Shown piece by piece: positions 61,481 to 64,000 of a stretch of 64,000 nucleotides of DNA. The notes beneath the pieces were generated by a model. That model made no database searches and was not told the origin of the DNA. It saw only the letters and a list, made by a program, of their open reading frames with translations. Source of the DNA: Squalus acanthias (taxonomy: Eukaryota); NCBI GenBank assembly GCA_030390025.1, contig CM059432.1:49478001-49542000 (forward strand), written 5' to 3'. Position 1 is the first letter of the stretch. Every line of letters starts with the position of its first letter. A program made the translations under genes and the position numbers.

Positions 61481-64000
61481 AACGGTCTACACCTGTGCAA
61501 AGATGGAACTGATGTTCTCGGGGTAATTTTTGATAAAGCAGTTTGGGAGCATTTAAACTAGTATGGCAGGGGGCTAGAAACCTATGTAGTGAAATAGAGG
61601 AAAGTGAAAGGCAGACAGAAATAAATGGTAAAAGGGTGAGGAACAAAAAACAAAGGGCCAAACCAATTCATAAAAAATGTGAGCATAAAAAAAGCCTGAG
61701 GGTTTTATACCTTAATGCGAGAAGCATCAGGAACAAGGTAGATGAATTAGCTGTGGAAATAGAGGTTAATAATTATGATCTAATTGGGATTACGGAAACA
61801 TGGTTGCAGGGTGAGCAGGGCTGGGAGCTTAACATACAGGGGTATTCAGTATTTAGGAAGGATCGACAAAAAAGAAAGGGAGGAGGGGTAGCATTGCTGG
61901 TAAAAGAAGGGATAAATGCAATTGAAAGGAAGGATATTAACTCAGTTAATACAGAATCTATATGGGTGGAGCTAAGAAATAGCGAGGGGCGAAAAACATT
62001 AATAGGAGTGGTATATAGGCCTCCAAATAGTAAAATAGAGGTTGGGGAGGGCATCACGAGGGAAATTAGAGAAGCGTGCAATAAGAGCACAGCTGTCATC
62101 ATAGGTGACTTTAACTTACATATAGATTGGAATAGCCTAATCAGTAAAAATAATGAGGAGGAGGAATTCCTTGAGTGTTTAAGGGATGGTTATCTGGATC
62201 AATATGTCGAGGAACCAACTCGGGAACAGGCTATATTGGACTGGGTACTGTGCAATGAGAAGGGACTAATTAGTAATCTTGTTGTACGGGGACCCTTGGG
62301 TCAGAGCGATCATAACATGATCGATTTCTCACTCGAAATGGAGAGCGAAGAAATTGACTCAGATACTAAGGTCCTGAATTTAAACAAGGGGAATTATGAT
62401 GCCATTAGACGGGAACTGAGTAGGTCTGATTGGACAACGTTCCTGGGAGGACTGGAGGTAGATAAACAATGGCAAGCATTTAAAGATAGAATGACAAAAT
62501 TGCAAAAATTGTTTATACCAATCTGGCATAAAAGGAAATCTAAAAAGGTGACTCAACCGTGGATAACAGGGGAAATTAGAGACAGCATAAAATCCAAAGA
62601 TAGGGCGTATAAAATAGCCAAAAAAAGCGCCAGAGCGGAAGATTGGGAACAGTTTAAGATAGAGCAAAGGAGGACAAAGGGCTTAATCAAGAGGGGCAAA
62701 ATAGCTTACGAAAGCAAGCTGGCGGAAAATATAAAAACTAACTCCAAAAGCTTTTATAAGTATATCAAGAGGAAAAGACTGGTGAAAACCAAAGTTGGCC
62801 CATTGCAGTCAGATACGGGGGAATATATAACGGGAAATAAAGAAATGGCAGACCAACTAAATGCATACTTTGGGTCAGTCTTTACGAAGGAAGACACAAA
62901 AAACCTCCCTGGGATATCGGGAAAAATAGGGACATTTGCAAAGGAGGAACTGACGCAAGTCAATATCTCTAAGGATATGGTGTTAAGGAAGCTAAAGGGA
63001 TTGAAGGCGGACAAATCCCCAGGGCCTGATAACATGCATCCTAGGGTGCTGAAGGAGGTGGCCCTAGAGATAGCGGATGCACTAAGTATGATTTTTCAGA
63101 ATTCATTAGACTCGGGAACAGTGCCCATGGATTGGAGGGTAGCTAACGTTACCCCACTATTCAAAAAGGGGGGTAGGGAAAAAGCAGGTAATTACAGACC
63201 TGTAAGCCTTACATCAGTTGTGGGCAAAATGCTGGAGTCCATCATTAAGGATGAAATAGCGGAGCACTTAGCAAATGGGGACAGGATAGGACAGAGTCAA
63301 CATGGATTTACAAAGGGTAAATCGTGCTTGACTAATCTATTGGAATTTTTTGAGGGAGTAACTGGTAAAATAGATGGGGGAGAGCCAGTAGATGTGGTGT
63401 ACCTGGACTTCCAAAAGGCCTTCGATAAGGTCCCACATAAAAGATTAGCAGGGAAAATTGAAGCTCATGGGATAAAGGGGAAAGTATTGACGTGGATAGA
63501 GAACTGGCTGTCAGATAGAAAACAGAGAGTTGGAATAAACGGCTCATTTTCTGAATGGCAGGCAGTAACAAGTGGGGTACCACAGGGATCTGTCCTGGGT
63601 CCCCAGCTGTTCACAATTTACATTAATGACCTGAATCAGGGAGTCGGATGCAACATTTCCAAATTTGCAGACGACACTAAACTAGGAGGGGGGGTGGGCT
63701 CAGAGGAGGAGACCAGGAAGCTCCAGAGCGATTTGGACAGACTGGGTGATTGGGCGGATAAATGGCAGATGCACTATAATGTGGACAAGTGCGAAGTTAT
63801 CCACCTTGGGTGCAGGAACGGGAGGGCAAATTATTATTTAAATGGCAATAAATTGGGAGAGGGGGAAGTACAGAGAGACCTGGGTGTTCTTGTACACCAG
63901 TCACTGAAGGCGAGCATGCAGGTGCAACAGGCGGTCAAGAAGGCAAACGGTATGCTGGCCTTCATAGCAAAAGGGTTGGAATACAGGAACAGGGATACCT
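61481..64000 (+). mobile_element. CR1 LINE, 5'-truncated in the last part of ORF1, runs off the window
   Basis: ORF1 C-terminus NGLHLCKDGTDVLGVIFDKAVWEHLN* (61481-61561) followed by an uninterrupted ORF2. Confidence 0.95.
61537..64000 (+). CDS. CR1 ORF2p (APE-RT), stop-free to the window end; absent from the supplied ORF track
   Basis: Translated by hand with no stops: [53 protein letters not shown]. First in-frame ATG is at 62317. Confidence 0.92.

Overview
Eukaryotic (vertebrate) non-coding DNA, most likely from a cartilaginous fish. That call rests on the repeat complement: CR1 LINEs with (TTCTATGT/TTCTTATG)n tails, an HE1-like V-SINE, L2, Penelope and many PIF/Harbinger elements. No host protein-coding exon can be identified with confidence. 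The first ~5 kb is nearly transposon-free and CpG-retaining, and looks like the promoter/5'-exon region of a minus-strand gene. The rest is a mosaic of nested transposons: an apparently full-length CR1 (zinc-finger plus SGNH-esterase ORF1; APE-RT ORF2), a second CR1 whose ORF2 is open to the window end, truncated CR1/L2 copies, a Penelope element with a hammerhead ribozyme, a single-ORF LINE with a tRNA-like head, decayed Harbinger transposase/Myb-SANT pairs and over a dozen MITEs. The strongest signal is at the ORF1/ORF2 junction of both CR1s that retain it. ORF1 ends in the correctly phased slippery heptamer U_UUA_AAC followed by a stop, and ORF2 lies in the -1 frame with a 22-nt overlap. 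In the copy with an uninterrupted ORF2 there is no in-frame AUG until after the endonuclease domain. This suggests CR1 ORF2 is expressed by -1 programmed ribosomal frameshifting as an ORF1-ORF2 fusion. All calls were made by eye; no database searches were run.
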